Shown piece after piece: positions 53,214 through 62,690 of a DNA stretch of 64,000 bases. Position 1 is the first letter of the stretch, and the number at the start of each line of letters is the position of its first letter. The position numbers and the translations under genes were made by a program. The DNA is from Bdellovibrionota bacterium (GTDB lineage Bacteria; Bdellovibrionota; UBA2428): the NCBI GenBank assembly GCA_964202055.1, contig CAXNGS010000001.1:224186-288185 (forward strand), in the 5' to 3' direction. The notes under the pieces were generated by a model that searched no databases, was not told where the DNA came from, and worked only from the letters and a program-made list of their open reading frames with translations.

Positions 53214-54425
53214 TTGCTGCACATGTTTTTTAATTTTGGCTTTTACGCCGCCGCGAAAACTTATCCGCACACCACAAATCAACAAATGGATCAACAAGTT
53301 GAAAGCGCTGATATGGGCGCCGACGAAGACATGCCCGAGCTTCTTTCGGAAACGGGCGAATGGAACGAGTTTAATCAGGCGCTCGAAAAAATTCGAGAGA
53401 TCAATCCGCCGCCTACTGAACCCAAAGTTGCCAAAACCGTCCCGCGAATTTTAATCGCCGATATGGCGGTGAGTGATGTGGGAATTTTTAAGCGCGACAA
53501 AAGCGTTCAAATCTTGATACCTGATTCTAGTAATGGCGCCGCTGATCTGGGCAAAAACTGTGGTGCTAATTTGAAAAAAATTGAAGATTTTTTCTCGGCC
53601 TTGCTCGCCAGCCGAGCGCCTCCTTTTGAATTGGACGAGCCCACCGTTCGCAATTTGGAGCAATCGCTTTGGAAAACTCATGGCTATCATGTTTTAGGTT
53701 TGGTTCAGGCCGGTTTGCGCAAGAGCCAGGTGATCATGCTTCCTATGCATCCGCCTCCAAGTGTTTTGGATGGAATTAGTGACCATAAAAAATACATCGC
53801 TTCCGTGGTGTTGCCGGAAATGGTTTCACTTTATCGAATGGTCCGCGAGCAGCTGCCGGATTTAGTACTCGTTGCAACAAGTGATACCTTTGAAGAAAAC
53901 GAACGTGATTTGCGTACCGGCGGTTATCAGCCCAATGACGCAAAAATAGCCGCCGAAGAAATCATGGGGGCTTTAATTGGCGCTTGGACCACACTGATTT
54001 CTGACTTCCCGCAAGTGCGCTTTGTGGTGCCGGTTGGTAATGGTGGCGCCGATAGCATTGGCGATCGGCTGGAATCACGAATGCTTCGTCATGGGCCGAT
54101 TCCGGCAGTCTTGCCCTTTGCGAATTTATTGCGAGTGGCGTCGTTTGAAAAACGCAAAGATTCTTGTCTGTCCGCATTTTCCAATTTTGGCGTGGAAGGC
54201 AGTGATGTCGCTGCCAAAGGCCGCGAAGTCGAATCTTGGGCACCCTGTGGCGAGCATCCATCAGTTCGCTTGAGCGGAACTTCACAAGCATCGGCTAAAG
54301 TTACAAATTATTTAGCGTCGAGTTTAGAAAATGGAATTTCAATTGAAGACGCGCTCAAGAGTTTTCAAAAGGAATCTTGTTTAGAAGATCGAGTGAGCCT
54401 GGCAGCGCGGATGCCTGAGCCTTAA
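53214..54425 (+). CDS. S8 subtilisin-like serine peptidase domain protein (its N-terminus is the last CPBP helix)
   Basis: Asp region RILIADMAVSD, His THGYHVLGLV, Asn VPVGNGGADS, Ser RLSGTSQASAKV. The frame is open back to 53139, directly after the CPBP stop codon. Confidence 0.7.
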   Translation: MLHMFFNFGFYAAAKTYPHTTNQQMDQQVESADMGADEDMPELLSETGEWNEFNQALEKIREINPPPTEPKVAKTVPRILIADMAVSDVGIFKRDKSVQILIPDSSNGAADLGKNCGANLKKIEDFFSALLASRAPPFELDEPTVRNLEQSLWKTHGYHVLGLVQAGLRKSQVIMLPMHPPPSVLDGISDHKKYIASVVLPEMVSLYRMVREQLPDLVLVATSDTFEENERDLRTGGYQPNDAKIAAEEIMGALIGAWTTLISDFPQVRFVVPVGNGGADSIGDRLESRMLRHGPIPAVLPFANLLRVASFEKRKDSCLSAFSNFGVEGSDVAAKGREVESWAPCGEHPSVRLSGTSQASAKVTNYLASSLENGISIEDALKSFQKESCLEDRVSLAARMPEP

Positions 54426-54447
54426 AATTTCTGCTAGGAACAAATTT

Positions 54448-55577
54448 ATGAAAAAATATTTTCAAACTTTACGACAATGCTGTTTAAGTTTCCTTGGGCT
54501 AATTGTTGGTCTTTTGATGGCGGCTTTGATTTTGGAGGTGGTGGTACGTTTTAGCCGTCTAGATTTGCGTCTACTTCGGTATAATTTATTTTATTCTCCC
54601 TATGATAACGAAGTTTATCAGAAATCAGACGATCCCCATCTGATGTATTCGCCGAAACCAAATCGACAGTTTCGTTTCAGTTCAGGAATGCACCCTTTAG
54701 ACAAGACTCCTTACCCTAGAATTGTGACTATTAATCAATTTGGTTTTAGATCACCCGAATGGCCTGAAAAAAAAGCCCCTGGAATTTTTCGGATTTCTTT
54801 TTTGGTGGATCAACAACTTATGGAATTCATGTTACCGATTCGAATACTTATCCTGCAAAGATTCAGACTTTATTAAATAAAAAGCACCCAAAACGTTTTG
54901 AGGTTTGGAATGGGGGGATTACAGCTTCTGTGCTTTCCCAGAGCGCGTCGTATGCTGAATATGCTATTAAAAGATTTGATCCTGATTTGATTGTCATTCA
55001 AGATTTTGTGAATCAGGGGCGACGACCTTTTTTAAGTAGAGATTTTTCAGTTCCTGACTTTGACCGGGAATCTCTTGAAAATTATTTTAATCGGGACCCA
55101 AATTTATATATTGAAAATATTCCATTGTTTCATTTTGAAAACCCAAGATTGGTAGCGATCCATAATAAGTTAGTTGTTGCACTGGCGTCTTACCGGATGA
55201 TCCAGATTCTTATAAATCATCTGGCGATTCATTTTCAATTTCAATTTCCAAATCATCTGACTAGCTGCTCAGGGGATATAGAAAAATGTCGTAGAATCTT
55301 TAAAAAATTTTATGAGCCTGGCCAAAAAATTAATCACAAATCTTTGGCAAATTTAGTAGCTAAGTATCCAAAAATGAATTTTTTGTTATTAGATCCGATA
55401 CATTCTCATTATTGTGGTCAAGATAATCCAAGTTTTTTAGGGGTTCCGGTGCTCTCGATTTGTTTAAAGGATAAAGGACCAGAGTATTACGTCGCGCATC
55501 CACCAGCTTATGTGTTTGGTGGCTATGCAGAGCAATTCGTAGAATATCTTCAGAAACATAGAAATTTTGATAAATAA
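54448..55577 (+). pseudogene. membrane-anchored SGNH/GDSL-type hydrolase, disrupted by a -1 frameshift at a T-run
   Basis: Frame 1 reads ...KKAPGIFRISFL, then nonsense to a stop at 54876. Frame 3 from about 54801 reads FGGSTTYGIHVTDSNTYPAKIQTLL...VWNGGITASVLSQ (SGNH blocks I-II) and continues into the 54930 ORF. The junction is the T6 run at 54798-54803. Confidence 0.65.
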
Positions 55578-55608
55578 AAAAAATATCGTTTAAGAGATTT
55601 GATTAAAA

Positions 55609-58600
55609 TCACTCGAAAAACAGCACTTCGACTTTTGGCGTTTTACTCAGCTCAATGCCCACGGCTAATCGCTTCGGTTGATAGCGACCCGATTTAGCTA
55701 ACGATTCTTGATAGAGTTTTAATTGGGCGCGAATTTTCTCTAAACGTTCCGGTTTTTTTAAGGTGCTAATAGAGCTAGTTGTTTTCCAATCAATCACAAC
55801 CGGCTGACCGCCTTTGGGGAACCAAACTGCGTCGGAAAATCCGCTGAGTCGTTTGCTTTCATCGATGATGAAGAGTCCCAATTCTCGCAACACCCGTCCT
55901 TGTTTTAAATCGGGCCAGTATTCTTTTAGTGAGTCTAGTTTGCGCAATTCATTTAGAGCTTGGCGGAAAACGCTTTGATTTTCTGTAATTTTAAGCAGCG
56001 CTTCTACGTTCTCACTTTGCCCATCCCATAATTCTAGAACGGCATGGAATTCGTCGCCGATTTCGCTGGATCGTTTTAGCCAATTATTCGCTTGCGGTTT
56101 AGCGACGGCTTCTTCTTTGCTTGATTGAGAATCTTCGCTTTCAAGATTTAAAAAACGGCTCACACCCATTCGAAGACTTGCTTTGATCGGAGAGTTTGTG
56201 AAATCCGACGAGGCTTGAATCTGGGTCCAATTATCTGGGGCCCGAGTCGCTTCAAGGATGGGAGCTTCCTTTGGATCCAGGCTTCCTTCATCGTCTTCAG
56301 CTTCATCAATATTCTCGTGGAGCGAAAACTGCAAAGCGCCACTGCTTCTCTGACTGTTGAAGGATCCTTTAGCATTAAGTTCGATTAAGAAATCATTCCA
56401 ATAAACGGGTTCAAGAGCAGGCCAGCCAAGCGATCTGAGCGTGGAATTAATGGGAGCTTCATCGCGGTTTTCTGGAGCCGAACGCAAATAAAGCGATAAA
56501 AATTCTTTGGACCTTGTGGTCGCCACGTAAAACAAGCGCTTTTGCTCGGCAATTTTGAGTCTTTCGCTTTCCGCAATTCGCGCCAGAAATAACAGGGATC
56601 CTCGGCGCTCGCCGCTCGTGGAGTTTTGAAGCGTGAAATTAAAGCCCAGAGAATCTTCGTGCTCGGCAATCTTTGATTGTTGGCTGCCGCGCTTTTCAAA
56701 TAGTTCGGGCAAGTAAACTGCATCAAATTGCAAACCCTTGGAACCATGAAGAGTCATTAGTTGGATCGGTCGAGCTTGAACCGTGCTTTGTTGCTCGATC
56801 GATGTGGCGATGGAAACTTCGGCAGTCTTAGCTTGCTTGCGCAAAATCCAAATGAGATCGGCTAAATCAAGCGTGTATCGATTTTCTCGTTGCAGCAGAT
56901 TTTTTAAAAACCCGTTCATCGCACTTAGCCAGTGGGCACCCCTTGGAAATCGGCGGCATTCCAAAGTGTTTGAAAAAAGAGCCAAGGCTTCTATCGGATC
57001 GCGCAAAGAGTTTTCGATTCGTAAGGGATTTTCGATGCTCTTCATTCCTAAATTCCAGCGACTGAATCCAATGCCTGCGCGCGGATTTTTGGGGTCGTCG
57101 AGTGAAGTTAAAAAATCCGCAAACAAATCGGTCAGCAAATGATTGAGATAGGTTTCGCTGCCCAAAATTTCATAAGTCATTCCTAGGCTTGATAAATGCT
57201 CGGCAAATTCTCGGAGCCCGGACCATCGACGAAACAAAACGGCGTGAGTGGCGTCGGCTTTTAAGTGCTGCTTTTTTTGGCTGATGTCTTTGATCAGTTG
57301 CTGCCACAATTCGCAGTGTTCGGCCCGGCTGGCAAAAACATGAAGGGCCACACGGGCTTCGGTAAGCGAGTCTTGAATCAATTCTTCGCGAGTGGGGGGA
57401 ACTAATAATTTTTGAGCCGGAGGGTCTAGTTTATCTTGTGGATCAAAGAGTTGTTCTTGCATCACGTTGACGAAGTCCAAGATCTTTGGATGCGATCGAT
57501 AATTATTGGCGAGCGTTAGCAGTTTTAATTCTTGGCGGGCTTGAATAAAAAGACCCACGTCGCTGCCCCGAAAAGCGTAAATGCTTTGCTTGGGATCTCC
57601 GACGAAATACCACTGGGTTTCATCGCTCGACAAATGATCTAAAATTTCCATTTGCAAAGGACTGGTGTCTTGAAACTCATCGACCAGTAAAAGTTTCGGC
57701 GGCGGACAAAGCCGTTCGGTTGTTTTTGCTTTCAGTCGCAGCAGATTCAACAACTCAAACTCGAGTGCCGAAAAATCTAGAATTCGTGGGCCCTGAATTC
57801 GACAGCTTAAAATGAACTGCTTGAGCGAAGATTCTAGCTGGGATTCCTCTTCAAGCGCTTCAATGGATGTCGAGGTCCAGAAAAGACCTTTTGCGAAATC
57901 TTTGATGTCTTCCACTCGAGCAAAAAATTCAGGTTCGGCATCTTTGATTTCTTTAAGCGCACGAAAGCTAAGCGATGCTAAAAGCTTTCGATCATTTTTT
58001 TGCAAACCGTCAATCAAGTCGAGTAGCCAAATATTTTTGGCTTTCGATTTAGCCATCAATTCGTTATAGCGGCCGGCCATCACTTGGCTCTCTTTTAAGA
58101 GAGAAAGACATAGCTCCTTAAATCGCTCGGTAGTTTTCTTGATTTTAGCGGTGATGGCTTTGGAATCCGAATCGAGTGTGGAGCTGTTCCAAAGTTTACA
58201 AGTGATTTGAAGCAATTCTTCGAGCGGCAAAACCCGTAACAGAGATTCTGCCTGCTCGAAATTTCCCAGCATTTGAATCGCAAATGACTTTCGCTGATAT
58301 TGCGCGGCTAATTCATCGCTCAGCTCTTCGCTATAACCAAGACTGCCTAAATAGGGTCGCAGCAGCCGATAGCAGAGGCTGTGGATTGTTGAAATTTGGC
58401 TTCGATGAAACACATCATCAAAAAGAGTGTCCAGCCCCGCTGATTTACAGCGCTCGAGAATCCGCTCTTTCATTTGCTCTGAGGCTTCAATCGTGAAGGT
58501 CAGGCAAAAAATGTCTGAAACTCGAAAGCCAAGACCCGTGGCTTTTAAATTTTTTTCGCTTGGGTTGATCGCTAAATACCCCAAGCCCTCTAAATATCGA

Positions 58601-58677
58601 TCAACCAATCCGGTGGTTTTTCCGCAACCGGCACCGGCTTCTACGATTTCACGGCGCATTCCAGCTATCGATTTCAT
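55609..58677 (-). CDS. addA: ATP-dependent helicase/nuclease subunit A (AddA, UvrD/Rep-type helicase + RecB-family nuclease)
   Basis: Walker A AGAGCGKTTGL, LLVDEFQDTSPLQ, VGDPKQSIYAFRG, LMTLHGSKGLQFD. C-terminal nuclease GFSDAVWF...VVIDWKT. Start set at ATG 58677 (ATGA overlap with addB). Confidence 0.85.
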   Translation of the reverse strand: MKSIAGMRREIVEAGAGCGKTTGLVDRYLEGLGYLAINPSEKNLKATGLGFRVSDIFCLTFTIEASEQMKERILERCKSAGLDTLFDDVFHRSQISTIHSLCYRLLRPYLGSLGYSEELSDELAAQYQRKSFAIQMLGNFEQAESLLRVLPLEELLQITCKLWNSSTLDSDSKAITAKIKKTTERFKELCLSLLKESQVMAGRYNELMAKSKAKNIWLLDLIDGLQKNDRKLLASLSFRALKEIKDAEPEFFARVEDIKDFAKGLFWTSTSIEALEEESQLESSLKQFILSCRIQGPRILDFSALEFELLNLLRLKAKTTERLCPPPKLLLVDEFQDTSPLQMEILDHLSSDETQWYFVGDPKQSIYAFRGSDVGLFIQARQELKLLTLANNYRSHPKILDFVNVMQEQLFDPQDKLDPPAQKLLVPPTREELIQDSLTEARVALHVFASRAEHCELWQQLIKDISQKKQHLKADATHAVLFRRWSGLREFAEHLSSLGMTYEILGSETYLNHLLTDLFADFLTSLDDPKNPRAGIGFSRWNLGMKSIENPLRIENSLRDPIEALALFSNTLECRRFPRGAHWLSAMNGFLKNLLQRENRYTLDLADLIWILRKQAKTAEVSIATSIEQQSTVQARPIQLMTLHGSKGLQFDAVYLPELFEKRGSQQSKIAEHEDSLGFNFTLQNSTSGERRGSLLFLARIAESERLKIAEQKRLFYVATTRSKEFLSLYLRSAPENRDEAPINSTLRSLGWPALEPVYWNDFLIELNAKGSFNSQRSSGALQFSLHENIDEAEDDEGSLDPKEAPILEATRAPDNWTQIQASSDFTNSPIKASLRMGVSRFLNLESEDSQSSKEEAVAKPQANNWLKRSSEIGDEFHAVLELWDGQSENVEALLKITENQSVFRQALNELRKLDSLKEYWPDLKQGRVLRELGLFIIDESKRLSGFSDAVWFPKGGQPVVIDWKTTSSISTLKKPERLEKIRAQLKLYQESLAKSGRYQPKRLAVGIELSKTPKVEVLFFE

Positions 58678-61097
58678 GGAGATTGGTCCTCCAATAAATA
58701 GGGACGGCCGCAAATTCCCGTGAAGCGACATCGAGTGCACTCGGCTTCTTTGATGGGCATGGGCGAGAAGTTTCCAGATTTAAGACCACTTAGGGCCGCC
58801 GCAATTTTTTCGGACAAGAGCCCATCGCAAAGCTCGGTTTCTTTAGAGCTAAAAATTTCATTGGGATATTTTAAGCTCGATAAGATTTCTTCGAAGGCTT
58901 CGAAAGTTGTCGATTGCCAAAGCACAATCCGAGATTTCTCTGGGTTCATCGGATTGAGGTAACCGCCTCCGATGACTTTAGAGCCAGCAAATTCCAATGA
59001 TCCTTCAATGATTTTTTTATAGAGGTACCATTGGAAAGCATTGTTTTTTATCAAGGTCGGCATCTTTTGACTTTGGTCGTTGCTCTTGTAATCCCAGACC
59101 AAAAGTTGGCCATTTCCCAGCTGATCGATTCGATCGACCAGGCCTCGAAAAAGTTGCCCTTGAAAAATTCCCTCAACGGGATGTTCCAGCAAGCAAGTTT
59201 TTTGCGGATAAAACTTCGAGAGTTTAGCCTCAAAATTTTCGAGATGGCGACTTAATGATTCCGCATAAGCGCGCGATTGTTTGATCAAAAGTGATTTGTA
59301 GGCCTCACTGACTCGGTCTTGGAAAATTTCATCCAAGGTTTCTTCGAAAAGCTGAGGAACATTGGCCGCGTTTGGTCCTTGGGGATTTTTAAAGGCGAGT
59401 TCTAAAACTTTATGAATCCATTTGCCCTTCAGATTGTCTTGAACTCGTTCGGGATCGGGAGCTTGAGAATCTTCCAAACGCAGCACCCGCTCAAAATAAA
59501 ATTTTAAGCCACACTTTAAATAGCTCTCCATTGCAGTGGGCGATGGTTTTTCTTTTTCGTAGGGTTTTAAAATTAAAGGAGCAACAGCTTCGATGGACAT
59601 TTTAGCTTGAGGAACTTGCAGAAAACTTAATTCCGATTTCAAAAGCCTAAGGATGCTCCGAAGTTTTTCCATTTCCCGAGAGACCTTGGGGATCACAATC
59701 CCAGCAGCCTCGAAACAGTCTTCTAGTTGTGAGGGCAATAACGAATGAGTGTGCGAACCTGCAGCATAGGGATTGCACAGGTTTTCCAAATCAACACTTG
59801 AACCCCAAAGAATTTTTTTTGGATCCGGTGAATAAAGTAAATCGTGAATGCTTAAAAGAGGCACCCCGTTGTTTTGAATTCTCGGGTGCAGATTCTCAGT
59901 TTTTACTTCCTGTTCAGGAGCAACTCCGAGTTCCAAGAAAATAAAAAACCAATCCTCTAAGTCTTCAAAAGTTTTAGGCGGCTGCAAATTTTTGGCAATA
60001 TGGTTTTGCTCAGCTTCGAAAAGCCGTAAAAATTGTTCCCAAGTTTGGCTTGGGCTTTGTTCTTTAGTGAGTCTTAATTTTTTAGAGTGATTCATGAGCA
60101 ACCAACTATGTTTGTTGGGCGTGTTGAGTTTTCGATAGTTGGCAAAATTAAATAGTTCTTTAAGTTCCGGATGTGGAATCGCACTTTCATCGGTCGCTAA
60201 ATCCAGCGGAAATGTTCCCGGGATCCACTCAATGGCTTCAATAGTGCTTGGAATGGTTTCAGGTGTGGCCCAAAATATGGCTGAATCAGCATCGAGGGTT
60301 GTTGAATACGTGAAGGCGGAAAACTCAGAATGCTTAGTTTCTTCAATAGCCAGAGCCGAGCTCGATTCGATTTTTAATTTAAGAAGTTTGGGCGCTCCGG
60401 GATTTTTTAATTCACCCAGCGCTTTTAAAAAAGTCGCTTCAAGCGCATAAGCTTCACGAGATTCGATCACTAAAATTTTTAGTGGCTCACTGAGGTTGGG
60501 ATCTCGCTCGAGGATTTCGTGCCAATCAAAGGTGCTTAGTGCTTCTACTTCAGACCAATTGTCTAAGAGCACCGAAACCGATTGCCAAGACGAAAGCCAA
60601 CTTTTGCTTTCCGCTGACTTCATACGGAGTCGCAAAAAATCAATTAAAATTTCACTCCACTCTTTGAGATCAAGGCTTGGAGCGCTTTCATATTCTCGGA
60701 TCACTTCTGCCCATCGATCCAAATGAGCGGCGCTTGGGTGAAGTTGCTTGAATTGCAAAATGCGCGCATAGAGATGACGAAGTCGTCGAGATGGTTCCAT
60801 GCGACGAAAAAGTTCGATGCACTCAACCATCGAAAGCGTGGGTTGTTGAATGGCTTGGCGAGTTTTGCGCTCGATGTGAAAAACAATCCGTTCGGTCAAT
60901 TGAGTCATTCGATAGACCGCAGGATTAGGCCATTGGCTCATTAAAACTCGCGCGTCTTTTAGCCGACGATCTCCGGCCGGTGACAGTGCGCGATCAAGAC
61001 TAAGAATGGCTACGTTTTCTTGAGCCAGCAAATCTGTGCCTTCAAACGGAAATTGTTTAGCAATTTCCGCTCGCAGCGCAGAGAAGGCTAGCTTCAT
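58674..61097 (-). CDS. addB: helicase/nuclease subunit B (AddB-like, RecB-family nuclease with Fe-S cysteine cluster)
   Basis: RGLVDRIDQLGNGQLLVWDYKS nuclease motif. Cysteines at YLKCGLKF and CTRCRFTGIC (C...CxxCx5C pattern). No obvious N-terminal Walker A. Confidence 0.75.
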   Translation of the reverse strand: MKLAFSALRAEIAKQFPFEGTDLLAQENVAILSLDRALSPAGDRRLKDARVLMSQWPNPAVYRMTQLTERIVFHIERKTRQAIQQPTLSMVECIELFRRMEPSRRLRHLYARILQFKQLHPSAAHLDRWAEVIREYESAPSLDLKEWSEILIDFLRLRMKSAESKSWLSSWQSVSVLLDNWSEVEALSTFDWHEILERDPNLSEPLKILVIESREAYALEATFLKALGELKNPGAPKLLKLKIESSSALAIEETKHSEFSAFTYSTTLDADSAIFWATPETIPSTIEAIEWIPGTFPLDLATDESAIPHPELKELFNFANYRKLNTPNKHSWLLMNHSKKLRLTKEQSPSQTWEQFLRLFEAEQNHIAKNLQPPKTFEDLEDWFFIFLELGVAPEQEVKTENLHPRIQNNGVPLLSIHDLLYSPDPKKILWGSSVDLENLCNPYAAGSHTHSLLPSQLEDCFEAAGIVIPKVSREMEKLRSILRLLKSELSFLQVPQAKMSIEAVAPLILKPYEKEKPSPTAMESYLKCGLKFYFERVLRLEDSQAPDPERVQDNLKGKWIHKVLELAFKNPQGPNAANVPQLFEETLDEIFQDRVSEAYKSLLIKQSRAYAESLSRHLENFEAKLSKFYPQKTCLLEHPVEGIFQGQLFRGLVDRIDQLGNGQLLVWDYKSNDQSQKMPTLIKNNAFQWYLYKKIIEGSLEFAGSKVIGGGYLNPMNPEKSRIVLWQSTTFEAFEEILSSLKYPNEIFSSKETELCDGLLSEKIAAALSGLKSGNFSPMPIKEAECTRCRFTGICGRPYLLEDQSP

Positions 61098-61537
61098 GTT
61101 TCAGTAGTGGGCTTTGCAGATGCTTCAGTAATAGGATCCGCTTCCGGAGTCGGTTCCGGGCGGGGCCAAATTTGATTGTCGGCGGCGGAGGGATCAATGA
61201 CCGAGCGAAGAGTCCAGGCATTGCCCGTGTCATAAGCATCGCCGGAAGGCACCATTTGGATGGTGTCCCATGGGCAATATTTCGCGCAAGCTTTGCAACC
61301 AATGCAGCGGTCTTGGTCGACCTCGACCATTTTTTCCATGTCTGGATATTTCGGGCCGGGCACTAATTCAATGCAATCGACCGGACAAAATTGAATGCAA
61401 GCTTCGCATCCAGTGCAACCGGATTGATCGATTACAGCAATCACTTTTGGAAGCTTGATTTTGCGAACGGGCTTTTCAAGCATCTCGGCACGAATGAGTT
61501 CTGCCCTTTTTTGGGAAATGTCGCTGTAGTCGAACAT
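61094..61537 (-). CDS. 2x[4Fe-4S] ferredoxin-domain protein with Pro/Glu/Thr-rich tail
   Basis: CTGCEACIQFCPVDCI and CIGCKACAKYCPWDTI. ATGA overlap with addB. Confidence 0.85.
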   Translation of the reverse strand: MFDYSDISQKRAELIRAEMLEKPVRKIKLPKVIAVIDQSGCTGCEACIQFCPVDCIELVPGPKYPDMEKMVEVDQDRCIGCKACAKYCPWDTIQMVPSGDAYDTGNAWTLRSVIDPSAADNQIWPRPEPTPEADPITEASAKPTTET

Positions 61538-61618
61538 AAGCCTATTATAAGCAAAATTATCGCTAATTTGCCAGATAACTGGGTGAAGGTTTTATAAAAG
61601 CTTGGATAAGCTAGGCTT

Positions 61619-62629
61619 TTAGCCCTGACTGACTAAGAGTTTGATTCTTCGGGCGATTTCATGGGTTCGAGGGCCATTGAGCGGGACCACGATTTGAATT
61701 TCAACTGCTTGAGATGAATCACTAGTTTCAAGCTGGACGAGTAACTTTTGATCCCGAATTTTTTTGTGAGCTTCGATTTCCGTTAAATTTTTCAAGCGCA
61801 GTAATATCGAACTACCAGCCTTGGGCCAATGCAAACACTCTACAGTTTTGGCCTGGATTAAATCTCGGAGTTCTTCCAAAAGTGTTCGGGTGTTTCGAGA
61901 CAGCGCTGTTCGGAGTCTTAGGTGTTGAACTCCGCTATGAAAATCGCGAATCCAAATTTGCTGCAAATTCGACCACTCAATCATTTCAGGGCTTGAAGGG
62001 TCTAGCGCCTCTACGTCATCAGCCGGGCTGTGATAAGTCATCGTCAGTTTGGACTCATGGCCGCTCCAGGGACCAAGCGACAATAATACTCCCATTCGAG
62101 AGTGGGCTTGATGTCTAAGGGTGCCAACATCGGTTCCGGGTTCCCAAAAAAGACTGGCCAAACTTTCATCGAGCATCAAGTAAGATTCTGCGTTTTCCAG
62201 CAAACGATGAGCCACTCGCAGCAGCAGCTCATGTGACCAAAAAGATGAATCTTTCGGATTCGGTGAATAGAGCAAATAGAAAGAGCGGAGCGGAGTTTTC
62301 AACTCAAGCATTTCTTCAGGGTCAGATCCCAATCGAGAAATTTTGAGTGCAGGAAATTTTTGTTGAAGCCGTTTTTCCAAACCAGAATTTTTCGGCCCAG
62401 CGTAAAAAAAATTTTGGGTATCGAAGCTTGATGATTTGGCGAAGTGACCTTGGATGGCATTTTCAAGAGCAGTGTCGGGGTCTGACCAAAACTGAAGAGA
62501 TTTGGCACTTTCAACTTTGAACAGATCGCGGAAATTAGCAGGTGGCAATTGATTGCCTGGCGGGAATTTCAAGTATTGGAGATAAGACTCAGTTGAGAGC
62601 CTTAAATCCAGCGGTGAATCTTCATCCAT
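61619..62629 (-). CDS. hypothetical protein, possibly a degenerate fold-type-I aminotransferase-like protein
   Basis: SFYLLYSPNPKDSSFWSHELLLRVAHRLLENAESYLMLDESLASLFW resembles the NPxNPTG...DE.Y segment. VLLSLGPWSGHESKLTMTY sits where the SxSK PLP-lysine motif would be, without the lysine. Resemblance judged by eye only. Confidence 0.4.
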   Translation of the reverse strand: MDEDSPLDLRLSTESYLQYLKFPPGNQLPPANFRDLFKVESAKSLQFWSDPDTALENAIQGHFAKSSSFDTQNFFYAGPKNSGLEKRLQQKFPALKISRLGSDPEEMLELKTPLRSFYLLYSPNPKDSSFWSHELLLRVAHRLLENAESYLMLDESLASLFWEPGTDVGTLRHQAHSRMGVLLSLGPWSGHESKLTMTYHSPADDVEALDPSSPEMIEWSNLQQIWIRDFHSGVQHLRLRTALSRNTRTLLEELRDLIQAKTVECLHWPKAGSSILLRLKNLTEIEAHKKIRDQKLLVQLETSDSSQAVEIQIVVPLNGPRTHEIARRIKLLVSQG

Positions 62630-62690
62630 TCTTCACATTATAAGCCTCATTTCTTATGACGCGGTGCCGATAACGTTAGAAGGAATGATT

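Noticed and set aside
58678-58740. Upstream start for addA, giving a 67-nt overlap with addB.
   Set aside because: ATG 58677 forms the classic ATGA stop-start overlap and sits just before the Walker A region.
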